Source: Desulfomonilia bacterium (GTDB lineage: Bacteria; Desulfobacterota; Desulfomonilia; UBA1062). From it: DNA of 64,000 nt. The notes under the pieces are model-generated. The model ran no database searches, was not told the DNA's origin, and saw nothing but the letters and a program-made list of their open reading frames with translations. Where the stretch lies: NCBI GenBank assembly GCA_050014195.1, contig JBEKDT010000008.1:149407-213406 (forward strand), in the 5' to 3' direction. This document shows, piece after piece, positions 1-9,982 of this stretch (positions are counted from its first letter, which is position 1; each line of letters begins with the position of its first letter). The position numbers and the translations under genes are program-made.

Positions 1-2259
1 CTGGCCCAACCCATTGACTTTACGATAGCCTATTTTTCCATGGAATTCGGCCTCACCGAGAGCCTGCCCATCTACTCGGGAGGGTTAGGTGTGCTGGCCG
101 GCGACCATTTGAAGAGCGCCAGCGACTTGAGGCTGCCTCTCTACGGGGTTGGCCTCATGTACAAGCATGGATACTTCACCCAGTACTTGAGCTGGGACGG
201 CTGGCAACAGGAGGAATCACCGGATAATGACTTCTATCATATGGCCCTTATGCTGGAACAGAAAGACAGTGGAAAGCCCATCAAGATCTCATTGAAGCTC
301 GCAGACAGGGAATGCCGGGCACAGATTTGGAAATGCCAGGTGGGCAGGGTGCCGCTGTACTTACTGGACACCAATCTGGAGGAGAACCATCCTGACGAGC
401 GAAATATCACGGGTGGGCTCTATGCGGGCAACCAGGAGGACAGGCTCAGGCAGGAGATCCTTTTGGGCATCGGCGGCATGAGGGCACTGGATGCCCTGGG
501 CATCGATCCCATGGTGTACCACATGAACGAAGGGCACAGCTTTCTCGTCGGATTAGAGCGCATCCGTAACCTCATGAAGATTAAGAACATGGATTTCAAC
601 ACCGCCCGCGAGGTGGTGAGGGCATCGTTCGTCTTCACCACGCACACACCGGTCCCTGCAGGCAATGACGTCTTTGAGATGGGGCTCATGGAAAAATATC
701 TCAAGCCCTATGTGGATGACACGGGGATCAAGTGGTCTGACTTTCTCGCGCTCGGCAGGAAGAACCCTTACGACGACAAGGAAGGTTTTGGTGCCACGGT
801 ATTCGCACTCAAGAATTCCGCCTTTCGCAATGGGGTAAGCAAACTCCACGGCCAGGTCTCAAGGGATATGTGGAGGGACATCTGGCCGCACGTCAAGACA
901 GAGGATGTGCCTATCTCTTCTATTACCAACGGCATCCATATCCCTTCATGGATCTCAGACGAGATGGCCGAGCTCTTCGACCGGTACCTCGGCCCCAAAT
1001 GGAAGGAAGACCCGGACAATCAAAAGGTTTGGGAACGGATCGACGAAATACCCGATGCCGAGCTGTGGTCCACACATCAGCGGCGCAGGGAGAGGCTGGT
1101 TGCCTTTGCGCGTAAAAGGCTCATGAAGCAGCTTGCCACACGAGGTGCCAAGCCGAAGGATATCCAAAGGGCCATGGAGACTCTGCATCCTGATGCACTG
1201 ACCATCGGATATGCCCGGCGCTTTGCCACATACAAGCGCGGTCTCCTTATCTTCAGGGACATCGATCGCCTTAAGGCCATCCTGGCCAACCGCGAGCTTC
1301 CGGTACAGCTCATCGTGGCAGGCAAGGCGCATCCCAGAGATCACGAGGGCAAGACCATCATCCAGAAGATCATCCACATCGCACGCGAGGAGCCTTTCAG
1401 AGACAAGATCGTGTTCCTTGAGGATTATAATATGAATATAACACGTTACCTCGTGGAGGGCGTGGATGTGTGGCTCAACAACCCTAGACGACCCTTTGAG
1501 GCTTGCGGTACATCGGGCATGAAGGCTACTGCAAACGGCGCGCTCAACTTGAGCGTTCAGGACGGCTGGTGGGTGGAGGGATATCACCCCGATCTCGGTT
1601 GGTCCATTGGAAACGGCGAGGTCTACGACAACTACGACTATCAGGATCAGGTTGAGAGCAAGGCCATCTACGATCTGCTGGAGCGCGAGATTATCCCGTT
1701 GTTCTATGAACGCGGTCTCGACGGACTGCCCAGAGGCTGGATCACCATGATGAAGAAATCCATGCGCAGCTTATGTCCTGTATTCAATTCCAACCGCATG
1801 GTTGAGGAATACACGGACAGGTGCTATATGGCCGCAGCCCTGAACGTGAAGACTTTAATGGGTGACAATTTCAAGAACGTACGCCAGGTGGTCAAGTGGA
1901 AGGACACATTGACATCGCGCTGGAGCGATGTGACGGTGCAGGACATCAGTCATGAGGGGGGGGACGAGGTCGCGGTGCACAGCGACATAACGATCCGCGC
2001 CGAGGTGAAGCTTGGCGCCATCAACCCGTATGACGTCAGCGTACGGGTATACTACGGGAACATCGATGATGCCGGTAACCTCAATGGGGCAAAGGATGTG
2101 ATGATGGATCACATCAAGGAGCTCGGCAAGGGTGTCCATGTCTTTGAGGCCCGCATCACGTGCGATGATACGGGCAGGTTCGGGTATTCCGTGAGGATAC
2201 TGCCGTCCCATACGAATCTCATCTACCCGGTGGATATGGGTTTGATTTGCTGGGCGTGA
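1..2259 (+). CDS. glgP: Alpha-glucan (glycogen) phosphorylase, 5'-truncated by window edge
   Basis: Frame open from base 1 (…IAYFSMEFG); motifs YSGGLGVLAGD, ARRFATYKR, EACGTSGMKA (PLP lysine). Confidence 0.95.
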   Translation: MAQPIDFTIAYFSMEFGLTESLPIYSGGLGVLAGDHLKSASDLRLPLYGVGLMYKHGYFTQYLSWDGWQQEESPDNDFYHMALMLEQKDSGKPIKISLKLADRECRAQIWKCQVGRVPLYLLDTNLEENHPDERNITGGLYAGNQEDRLRQEILLGIGGMRALDALGIDPMVYHMNEGHSFLVGLERIRNLMKIKNMDFNTAREVVRASFVFTTHTPVPAGNDVFEMGLMEKYLKPYVDDTGIKWSDFLALGRKNPYDDKEGFGATVFALKNSAFRNGVSKLHGQVSRDMWRDIWPHVKTEDVPISSITNGIHIPSWISDEMAELFDRYLGPKWKEDPDNQKVWERIDEIPDAELWSTHQRRRERLVAFARKRLMKQLATRGAKPKDIQRAMETLHPDALTIGYARRFATYKRGLLIFRDIDRLKAILANRELPVQLIVAGKAHPRDHEGKTIIQKIIHIAREEPFRDKIVFLEDYNMNITRYLVEGVDVWLNNPRRPFEACGTSGMKATANGALNLSVQDGWWVEGYHPDLGWSIGNGEVYDNYDYQDQVESKAIYDLLEREIIPLFYERGLDGLPRGWITMMKKSMRSLCPVFNSNRMVEEYTDRCYMAAALNVKTLMGDNFKNVRQVVKWKDTLTSRWSDVTVQDISHEGGDEVAVHSDITIRAEVKLGAINPYDVSVRVYYGNIDDAGNLNGAKDVMMDHIKELGKGVHVFEARITCDDTGRFGYSVRILPSHTNLIYPVDMGLICWA

Positions 2260-2274
2260 TTGTCATGATGATAT

Positions 2275-2326
2275 GGAGGAGCGGCTTTAGCCGCGATGAA
2301 GTAATCGCGCCTGAAGGCGCTCCTAC
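2275..2326. repeat. GTAG-type REP doublet (inverted pair)
   Basis: ggaggagcggctttagccgcga…tcgcgcctgaaggcgctcctac; near-identical copy at 49256-49306. Confidence 0.75.
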
Positions 2327-2360
2327 AAACAATATTCCAGGCTTCTTGGAAGCTTGAGAT

Positions 2361-3797
2361 ATGAGACTGCCCAATCATAAGACCAAGATCGTATGTACCA
2401 TCGGGCCTGCTTCCAGGACTCGTTCCATCATGGAGCGGATGATCATAGCAGGGATGGATATCGCCCGCCTGAATTTTTCTCACGGTGATTTTAACTCCCA
2501 CGAACAGGTGATTAAAGATCTGAGGGCCGCGGCTCAATCTGTAGGAAAGCGACTTACCATCATGGGCGACCTGCCCGGGCCCAAGATGCGTATAGGGGTT
2601 ATGGCCCAAGAGCCGGTTGAATTGAGGCCGGGCAATGGCTTTACGCTCACTACCGAAGAGGTAGCGGGTGATGAGAACAGGGTATCGGTGAGCTTCAAGC
2701 GCCTCCCCCAGGCTGTCAAGGCAGGGGATACGCTCTTCTTAAATGATGGGCTCATTGCGCTTGAGGTCACCAGGGTCCAAGAAAGCAATGTGGAATGCAA
2801 GGTCCTTGTAGGAGGGGAACTGCGCTCCCACAAAGGGCTCAACCTGCCGGGCATCGATCTGGGCATCAGCGCATTCACTCAGCAGGATCATGTATGCCTG
2901 AGTTTTGCCGCCAGGCAGGGCCTGGATGCGGTCTGTCAATCCTTTGTGATCTCAGGGGCGGATATCCGTGCAGTGCGCGAGGCTGCAGAGGCAATCGATT
3001 ACCATCCTTTCATCATTGCCAAGGTCGAACGATCGGCTGCGCTTGATCACATCGACGATATCCTCGATGCATCAGACGGCATAATGATCGCCAGGGGAGA
3101 CCTTGGTGTGGAGATCCCCATCGAGAAGATTGCAATAGTCCAGAAAGAGCTCATGGCGAAAGCGATCATTCGCGGAAAACCGGTTATTACCGCAACCCAG
3201 ATGCTTGAATCCATGACGGAAAACCGCAGACCCACACGGGCCGAGGTGACGGACGTGACAAATGCCATACTGGACGGCACCGATTGCGTCATGCTCTCGG
3301 GTGAGTCGGCCATGGGCAAGTATCCTCTAGAGGCTGTAGAGATGCTCGGCAGGATTGCTTCGGTTACCGAGCCGTACGGTCCCGGATATCGTCTGAGGGA
3401 GAGGCTCAGGGAGATCACGGAAATACAGACAAGCAGGATAAGTGATCTGGTTGTGTTCAGCATAGAGGCAATCTTCAAGCATATTTCACCGGCGGCGGTG
3501 TTTGTCCCCACCAACAGCGGGGCCATGGCCAGGAGTATTACACGCTTCAGGCTCCCGGTATGGATTGTTGCCATGAGCAGATCAGAGCTCACGTGTCAAC
3601 AACTCCAGTTCTCTTATGGTGTCCAAAGCGCTCAGGAAGCCGAATATCCTGATGATTGGAGGCCTTATGTGAGGTCATGGCTCCATGAGCATGAGGTGGA
3701 AGGGGACATTGCCATCCTCACCCAAGGGCCTTCGAAGAAGCACCCGGAGGCGAATCACCGGATGGAGATCATTGACCTGAAACAAGTACCGGAATAA
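2361..3797 (+). CDS. pyk: Pyruvate kinase
   Basis: KTKIVCTIGPAS, ARLNFSHG, IMIARGDLGVE, TQMLESM motifs. Confidence 0.96.
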   Translation: MRLPNHKTKIVCTIGPASRTRSIMERMIIAGMDIARLNFSHGDFNSHEQVIKDLRAAAQSVGKRLTIMGDLPGPKMRIGVMAQEPVELRPGNGFTLTTEEVAGDENRVSVSFKRLPQAVKAGDTLFLNDGLIALEVTRVQESNVECKVLVGGELRSHKGLNLPGIDLGISAFTQQDHVCLSFAARQGLDAVCQSFVISGADIRAVREAAEAIDYHPFIIAKVERSAALDHIDDILDASDGIMIARGDLGVEIPIEKIAIVQKELMAKAIIRGKPVITATQMLESMTENRRPTRAEVTDVTNAILDGTDCVMLSGESAMGKYPLEAVEMLGRIASVTEPYGPGYRLRERLREITEIQTSRISDLVVFSIEAIFKHISPAAVFVPTNSGAMARSITRFRLPVWIVAMSRSELTCQQLQFSYGVQSAQEAEYPDDWRPYVRSWLHEHEVEGDIAILTQGPSKKHPEANHRMEIIDLKQVPE

Positions 3798-3826
3798 GTG
3801 TTGACCATAAAAAAATATTTTCGTGT

Positions 3827-3911
<85 letters not shown>

Positions 3912-3941
3912 TTAATTTTATTGAAGTTTTTCTCAGTGCGA

Positions 3942-5048
3942 TCATCTCTTAAACCCCCTGATAACCGAGAGTGTGCCCAAATTGTGCCCATCCTGTGCCC
4001 GTGAGAGTGTCTCGGCGTTCTCCTGATACATGGTTGAAAGCCGCTCGCAAGCTAGCCTGATGTCATCTTCGCTGGTGATATTGTACCGGTCAAATACAGC
4101 CCTTGTCTTGTGTCCGGAGATCCTCATCGCCACCACTTCAGGAACACCGGCCCGGACCATATTCCGTACCGCAGTACGTCTCAGGTCATGGAAGAGCCGC
4201 CCCTCAAGTTTCACTTTGATAAGCGCTTTCTCCCATGCAGTCCTGAAATCTTTGTTGAACGGCTGCCCGTTATGATGAAAGAAAAACACATTCTGACACT
4301 CCGGGAATCTGGCATCACGGATTTTCTTTTGTGCGAGCAAGACATCAAAAAGCTCACCGAACATGTAAACAACCCGGCCTTCCCCGTTCTTCGTGCTTCC
4401 GGGTTCAAGGATGATCCTGTGATTCCAGATATCGACCTGATGCCACTGAAGATCAAGAAGCTCTCCGCGTCTCATACCCGTATAGTAAGCCGCGATCAAT
4501 AAAGGCTTGAGGTAAGAGGGAAGCGCATCTCTGAGATTTACATACTCGTCGTACTCAAAGAATCCAGTTCGTACGTTGGTTTCTTTCAACTTTGGGATGT
4601 GGGGCATCATTGTCACCTTGGGAGGTGTATGCCGGAACCCAAGGGTAAAAGCCCTCCTGAGAGCGCTTAACTCCCGGTTGATGGTTCCGTTTTTCATCCC
4701 TGCTTTCTGACGGTCAAAGATGTATTGCTGAACATGAGTCGTTGTCACCTTGCAGGCCTTCAGATTGCCGAAGAAATCCCTGAGATGTTCCGTGCTGTAT
4801 CGGAGTCGTTCACAAGACTTCCGCTCCATGAGACTATATTCTGCAATAATGTCGTCCAACAGCTCATTAACCATGGTTCGTTCTACCTGAAGCCCCTGGA
4901 AGGTGCCTTGCACGATGCTCCCTTCCCTGAGCTTGAGCAATTTATCCGCATCGGATTTCTTCTTTGAGTGCGCTGACTCCCTGTACGGCTTGCCGTCCCG
5001 ATAATACTTGATCCACCAAACTTTTCCTCTTTTATAAGCAGTTCCCAT
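3942..5048 (-). CDS. int: Tyrosine integrase (phage-type)
   Basis: YTGMRRGE, FHDLRRT, SGHKT…FDRY catalytic motifs; likely start MGTAYKRG at 5048; abuts tRNA. Confidence 0.93.
   Translation of the reverse strand: MGTAYKRGKVWWIKYYRDGKPYRESAHSKKKSDADKLLKLREGSIVQGTFQGLQVERTMVNELLDDIIAEYSLMERKSCERLRYSTEHLRDFFGNLKACKVTTTHVQQYIFDRQKAGMKNGTINRELSALRRAFTLGFRHTPPKVTMMPHIPKLKETNVRTGFFEYDEYVNLRDALPSYLKPLLIAAYYTGMRRGELLDLQWHQVDIWNHRIILEPGSTKNGEGRVVYMFGELFDVLLAQKKIRDARFPECQNVFFFHHNGQPFNKDFRTAWEKALIKVKLEGRLFHDLRRTAVRNMVRAGVPEVVAMRISGHKTRAVFDRYNITSEDDIRLACERLSTMYQENAETLSRAQDGHNLGTLSVIRGFKR
3972..4000. repeat. Putative integrase arm-type sites (3x TGTGCCC, 11-bp period)
   Basis: tgtgccc at 3972, 3983, 3994; related cgtgccc (32247) and tgtgcct (32334) near the other att. 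Confidence 0.6.
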
Positions 5049-5181
5049 GAACTGATCCTTTCTTTGCCGTGGGCACGGCTTCAGCACTCCTCCTTTCTCC
5101 ATGGATTTGAAGTAAAGCCCTGCAATTATCAGGCTTACCCTTCCTCGTAATTATACTACCGGCCACAAAACGAGGAAAGCT

Positions 5182-5382
5182 TCAAAAGGAGAAGGTAGTT
5201 TTCTGCTTCTCAATCCATCTGTCCATGTCGTTAACATCAAGGAGCACGCGCCTTCCATCCCTGATGCAAGGAATCTTCCCTGCCCAGACCATCTCGCGGA
5301 TAGCCCAATCCGTTCTTCCCAGGTAAACAGCCGCTTCCGGTATCGAGTACAATCTCTTGGGTGGTCTAATCTTCTCAGTCAT
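5182..5382 (-). CDS. Excisionase / HTH_17 DNA-binding protein
   Basis: LYSIPEAAVYLG…GKIPCIRDGRRVL motif, upstream of int. Confidence 0.85.
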   Translation of the reverse strand: MTEKIRPPKRLYSIPEAAVYLGRTDWAIREMVWAGKIPCIRDGRRVLLDVNDMDRWIEKQKTTFSF

Positions 5383-5902
5383 ACAATTACCCAATTTGTT
5401 CATGACTCGGATGGATTCACTGTTATGAGATTTGGGGAACAATCATTGTAGAACTGGGACTTTTTCCAATGAGTAAAACCACCCATGAACGTGTGTATGC
5501 TTACTGCTACAACAAGCAAGTTGATCATGAATTCTTCCTCCTTTGTCTTTAAACATAAAAACCAACTTTTCCTCCCTTGCCCCTTTCGCAAATGATTGAA
5601 GGGGAAGGGAGGAACGACCGGAGAAAGGGAAGCCAGAAAGGCTCACCATATAGGAGTGGTTACAAAATGTGACCATAGGAGACCCCGAAGCGCTGCAAGC
5701 AGCATGACAACATGTTTACATGTTGGCGTGCTGCTTCTGAGCAAGCGGAGGGGGCTTATTTTGTTACTATAACCAGTAGAACTTAATGTCTTTTAAGCAT
5801 ATTAGTGTGAAAGTATTGACAGGTTCTAAATTTTGTAACAGATATTCAAGCATATTTAAAAAAGAGGATAAGAAGTGGTTTATTTAAGGGGATGAATAGC
5901 GA

Positions 5903-8900
5903 ATGACACACCCTAATGATAGAACGTTTGCAGATGTTATTGAATCAATAAAAAATCTCTACAGAGGTTATTCTATTGAAGATATAGCAACAACTCTTTT
6001 TGTATCTCATCTCTGGTTACCCAATATCGCGAGTCCAGTGAAACATATTTTGTTTTCCATGATTCTTTGTTCCTTGAAGCCGGATGAATATGCAAAAACT
6101 TCAGCTATAAATAATTATTCAGAATTTCAGGAATTTTTGAATAAGCTATACATCCTAGCTCCTGACTTCATTATGCTGGAAGATTATGTTCCAGAATTGG
6201 ACTGGGGAGAAGTTAAATTTCAACTTAATGAAAAAAGGTATCATATCTTTTATGGTTGTGACCTTTCTAATGTATTTGATTATCTCACTTTATTTCAGAT
6301 TCTCTATGAACCAGTTGATCAAAAGTACATGGAATTAGCACATCGCTCTCCAATGAATGAATTAAAATCTATATTGTCAATACAGGACCAGATTATAACA
6401 AGCATTTCATCCCAGCCAGATAGAAATGGGCTAACAGTATCACCCGGAGAGACAGGTATTCCATCCGAATCCTTTTGGAACGAAGCAGTTCATGTATATA
6501 AATTGCTCAACTTTGAAGAAATCGCCGGAAAAGATTTTCTTGAGAATTTCAGTATAAAATCGGGTGAATTACCTCCAGTGATTTTATCTGAAGAGAAATT
6601 CGGAGATGCTGTTGCAGATGACCGTACATTCCCTAATATTTTCGTTGAGCTTGATGGCAGACATTTCCTGATCTTACCAAGAAGAATGTCCGGGGTTCTT
6701 TTCGATACTTGGGGAGAATTATTAGAAAGATATCGAGCATCTATTATAAAGCAAGGAAGGCTTCTTGAAGTGTCAGTCGCAGGCGGATTCTGCCGATTTG
6801 TAAAGGAACGATTTTCAGAAGAGGTCTCACTACTGTTTGTATCAGCTCGTTCTGGAGAAAATACAGCGCATGAAATAATTTTTCCAGTAGTGATAAAATC
6901 AAGGGATAAGCTAGTCCTCTTTTATATCCTACCCCCGTCTGAAGATGGGGAAGTTATAACTAGCTTACTTGCTGATATTTCCCCTAAGCTGAAGGAAGCA
7001 ATTCAATTTCTTAAACAACCACCTACCCAGTTGATCATGCACCTCAAAAACCAGCTGGTCGAATTCCGTTCTGATAAAGAAGACGATGCTTTGACCCCAG
7101 AGCTTTTCATACTCATCCCTCAAACGTACACTGGTCCGTTTTTAATTAAGTTGAAAGAAGAACCGCCCGGGAGAGTGCAATACATGGATTCCATGCTCGC
7201 TATTCTTGATGAACTTTATAAGGTTGATGAACTTTCTGACTTTCTTGAGTATTTGGAGGAAATTGAGAAATCTTTTATGTCACCCCTAACTTCGTTACTC
7301 GATAAGTTCGCATCTTATAAAGATATGCATGGAGTTTTAATTGGTGGTGCTTTAACTCCCAACATGGTGATGATCGACCCCCATTGGGGTAGTCGTTTTC
7401 GATATGAGTCGCTAGCCAAGTTTTGGAGTCTTTATCCTGAGAGAGGTCTCTTTGGCAATCCACGCAGTTGGCAAATAATAAAGGAGGGTCCACGGAGGAT
7501 TAGGTTAGCAGCAAGGTCATATTTTGGTTCTACACTTCATTTTAAAATAGGTAAGGTTCATGCCTTCTTTACAGCTCCATTTGATAAAATGTCATTTGAA
7601 CAGGGATATATCTCTAACTTCTTGATGGAGTGCGCTGAAGATAATTTATATCAATATAAAGATGTTATTGGAGTACATAGAGTTTTTGAGAAAAATCAGG
7701 AGATCCTTGTCCTATTCTTTCCCTTTTCTCTTGTAAATATGAATACTGAATTTAAGCACTTATGGCACCTTAGTGCTGAAACAACAGCCTGGTGTGCTGA
7801 TGTAAGTATCCTAGATACATTGACCATTGGTGTGAGAATTGTCTTCAATGAAGAAATAATCAGGCAATCTTTTTTGGAAATTCAGGATCGATCTATGGAG
7901 GCTGCATTACTATTGGAGATTATGCGCAAAATTGATTCCCGTTGCCATGATCCAAAGATAAAGGGCATTATAGATATTATTGAGAAAGGGAAAACAGGAA
8001 AACCAAGATTCATGTTCTTCACCGAAAAAATGCCGGCATCTTTTCCGGAGCTGATCAAGCCATGTCAACCTTTGCCACATCATTTCAAACTTGCGAAGAA
8101 ACGACTTGCAGAATTAGCAATGCTTGCGGGCTTACCAGAGGGCAAGTACGATCTTGCTACTGCAAAAGACAAGCTGAATGTTCTGCGTAAGGAGGTGTTC
8201 ACAGAGATCAACAAGATAGTGAAGGAGTTTAACTTTGAAAGTTCGATTCCAAAAATAATCGGCTGGGCGGATGCAATTTTGGATCGACGAGAACGTGAGA
8301 GGATGACTATCGAGCATTCACTTGAACATGATGTGGATTACAACCGGGAAGAGCTCTATTCAAAGAATGAAGAGGATTACCTTCGAATACATCGTAGCTA
8401 TCGTTATTTAATTGAGAAATTTGTTCAACTCCAGCCAGCCGGGAAGCAAGTCATTTCGGAAGAACAGGCTTGCCGTCTCCTTGCTTTCATTGATTGGTTT
8501 TTTGTGATTATCCAAGCAAGCGACATTATACATTATGACATCAACCCAGTAGGTCTTACTATCGATCAAGATTTTCTAATTGAGGTTGAGTATAGTGAAG
8601 ACATAAATGAAAAGGAAACCCAATTCGCTCAGGAACAAGCTCAGTTACGACTTGGGATTATTGGTAACACGAAGGATGCAATTAAATATCCCAAATTTAT
8701 TAAAGAGCAGATGCCAGAATTGGATGAAGCTTTTCACAAGGACTATGGATTCAGATTTACTAACCTCATTAGTGTAATGATTATGCTAACTCATTGGCCA
8801 GAACATGCTGAGGCGGTTGTTGTAGCGCCGAGTTATTCTGCTACAAAAGATGAAATCGCAGTAGTTGCACAAAAAGCCATTGATAGCATTGGGATTGAAG

Positions 8901-9673
8901 AGATCGACCCTATACTTGATTTTTTAACGCTTAAAAGTGATGAAGTATTAAGAGTGCTCAATGATGAACATCCATGCGATGATTTACCTGTATGGGAACA
9001 CAAAAAACGCTTCGCACGCTATACAATAAGGCCATTAATAAAAAAAGATCAGAAATATATATGGGGTCCATATGCAACCCGTGGTGCAGGAATCATCTGG
9101 TCAGGCTCTCCATCATCTGGTACTTTACCCATAGATATTGATAAGAAGAATATCGATCTCCTCATACAGAAATGGAAGCAACTTCTTGATAATGAGGTCG
9201 AAGTTAAAGCAGCCGAGATTGTAAAGAGATTCACGATGCATGTAATTCCTAGCGCAAAACTTCATCGTTTGGATAAGGCTGGTAATCATCCTAAGGATTT
9301 GGGAGATTATGACGTACTAGCATTTTACCCTCAAGCAAATACTATTCTCAATATTGAATGTAAAAATATTCTACCTGTCTATTGCATCAAGGATGCGAAG
9401 ACTCTGAGAGAAACAATTTTTGGAATACCGGGTAAAGATGAGGGGCATTTTCGTCAGATTAATAAACGACAGAAATATCTTATGGATCATTGGGCTACAA
9501 TAGCAAGGGCTTTCAATTGGCCACTTGATCTAGAAAAACCCCCAAGAATTTTATCTCTATACGTGACACCGACTACATATTGGTGGACTCGATATCCACC
9601 TCATAAAGTAAATACAACTTTTGTGCAAATTGAAATGCTAATGAACTTTATCGAAGGACTATCAGATAATTAA
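5903..9673 (+). CDS. Large hypothetical protein with C-terminal PD-(D/E)xK/NERD-like nuclease motif
   Basis: 1256-aa ORF, AT-rich; GDYDVLAF…ILNIECK near the C-terminus. Confidence 0.7.
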   Translation: MTHPNDRTFADVIESIKNLYRGYSIEDIATTLFVSHLWLPNIASPVKHILFSMILCSLKPDEYAKTSAINNYSEFQEFLNKLYILAPDFIMLEDYVPELDWGEVKFQLNEKRYHIFYGCDLSNVFDYLTLFQILYEPVDQKYMELAHRSPMNELKSILSIQDQIITSISSQPDRNGLTVSPGETGIPSESFWNEAVHVYKLLNFEEIAGKDFLENFSIKSGELPPVILSEEKFGDAVADDRTFPNIFVELDGRHFLILPRRMSGVLFDTWGELLERYRASIIKQGRLLEVSVAGGFCRFVKERFSEEVSLLFVSARSGENTAHEIIFPVVIKSRDKLVLFYILPPSEDGEVITSLLADISPKLKEAIQFLKQPPTQLIMHLKNQLVEFRSDKEDDALTPELFILIPQTYTGPFLIKLKEEPPGRVQYMDSMLAILDELYKVDELSDFLEYLEEIEKSFMSPLTSLLDKFASYKDMHGVLIGGALTPNMVMIDPHWGSRFRYESLAKFWSLYPERGLFGNPRSWQIIKEGPRRIRLAARSYFGSTLHFKIGKVHAFFTAPFDKMSFEQGYISNFLMECAEDNLYQYKDVIGVHRVFEKNQEILVLFFPFSLVNMNTEFKHLWHLSAETTAWCADVSILDTLTIGVRIVFNEEIIRQSFLEIQDRSMEAALLLEIMRKIDSRCHDPKIKGIIDIIEKGKTGKPRFMFFTEKMPASFPELIKPCQPLPHHFKLAKKRLAELAMLAGLPEGKYDLATAKDKLNVLRKEVFTEINKIVKEFNFESSIPKIIGWADAILDRRERERMTIEHSLEHDVDYNREELYSKNEEDYLRIHRSYRYLIEKFVQLQPAGKQVISEEQACRLLAFIDWFFVIIQASDIIHYDINPVGLTIDQDFLIEVEYSEDINEKETQFAQEQAQLRLGIIGNTKDAIKYPKFIKEQMPELDEAFHKDYGFRFTNLISVMIMLTHWPEHAEAVVVAPSYSATKDEIAVVAQKAIDSIGIEEIDPILDFLTLKSDEVLRVLNDEHPCDDLPVWEHKKRFARYTIRPLIKKDQKYIWGPYATRGAGIIWSGSPSSGTLPIDIDKKNIDLLIQKWKQLLDNEVEVKAAEIVKRFTMHVIPSAKLHRLDKAGNHPKDLGDYDVLAFYPQANTILNIECKNILPVYCIKDAKTLRETIFGIPGKDEGHFRQINKRQKYLMDHWATIARAFNWPLDLEKPPRILSLYVTPTTYWWTRYPPHKVNTTFVQIEMLMNFIEGLSDN

Positions 9674-9914
9674 ACTCGGAATTGGGTCTCAAGGAATAGT
9701 AGTGGAGCAATAAAAGGAAATTAATTTTTCTGTTGTATCTCACATTCATAAATAATATAAGTACAAGTATTGAAATGTTTTAATTTGTGTGAGGTTGGAT
9801 GTCAAACGAGAGCTTTCCATGGTTTTCCTTTATCCCGGTAGTACATCGGGACCTGATGTAAAGTACGAGGCTACCTCCATGCACGAGCAGACCGAAGGGC
9901 TAAATACTTTACGA

Positions 9915-9950
9915 AGGAAAGGCGCACTTCCGCGTCGGTACCGACGTGTG
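9915..9950 (-). other. MOBQ-type oriT (nic region)
   Basis: AAGTGCGCCT on - strand (9920-9929), matching the RSF1010/Ti MOBQ nic core, next to perfect 14-bp palindrome cgtcggtaccgacg (9933-9946), just upstream of relaxase. Confidence 0.8.
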
Positions 9951-9982
9951 CGAGTGCTGAAGACATAAGCAGGATAAGGTAG

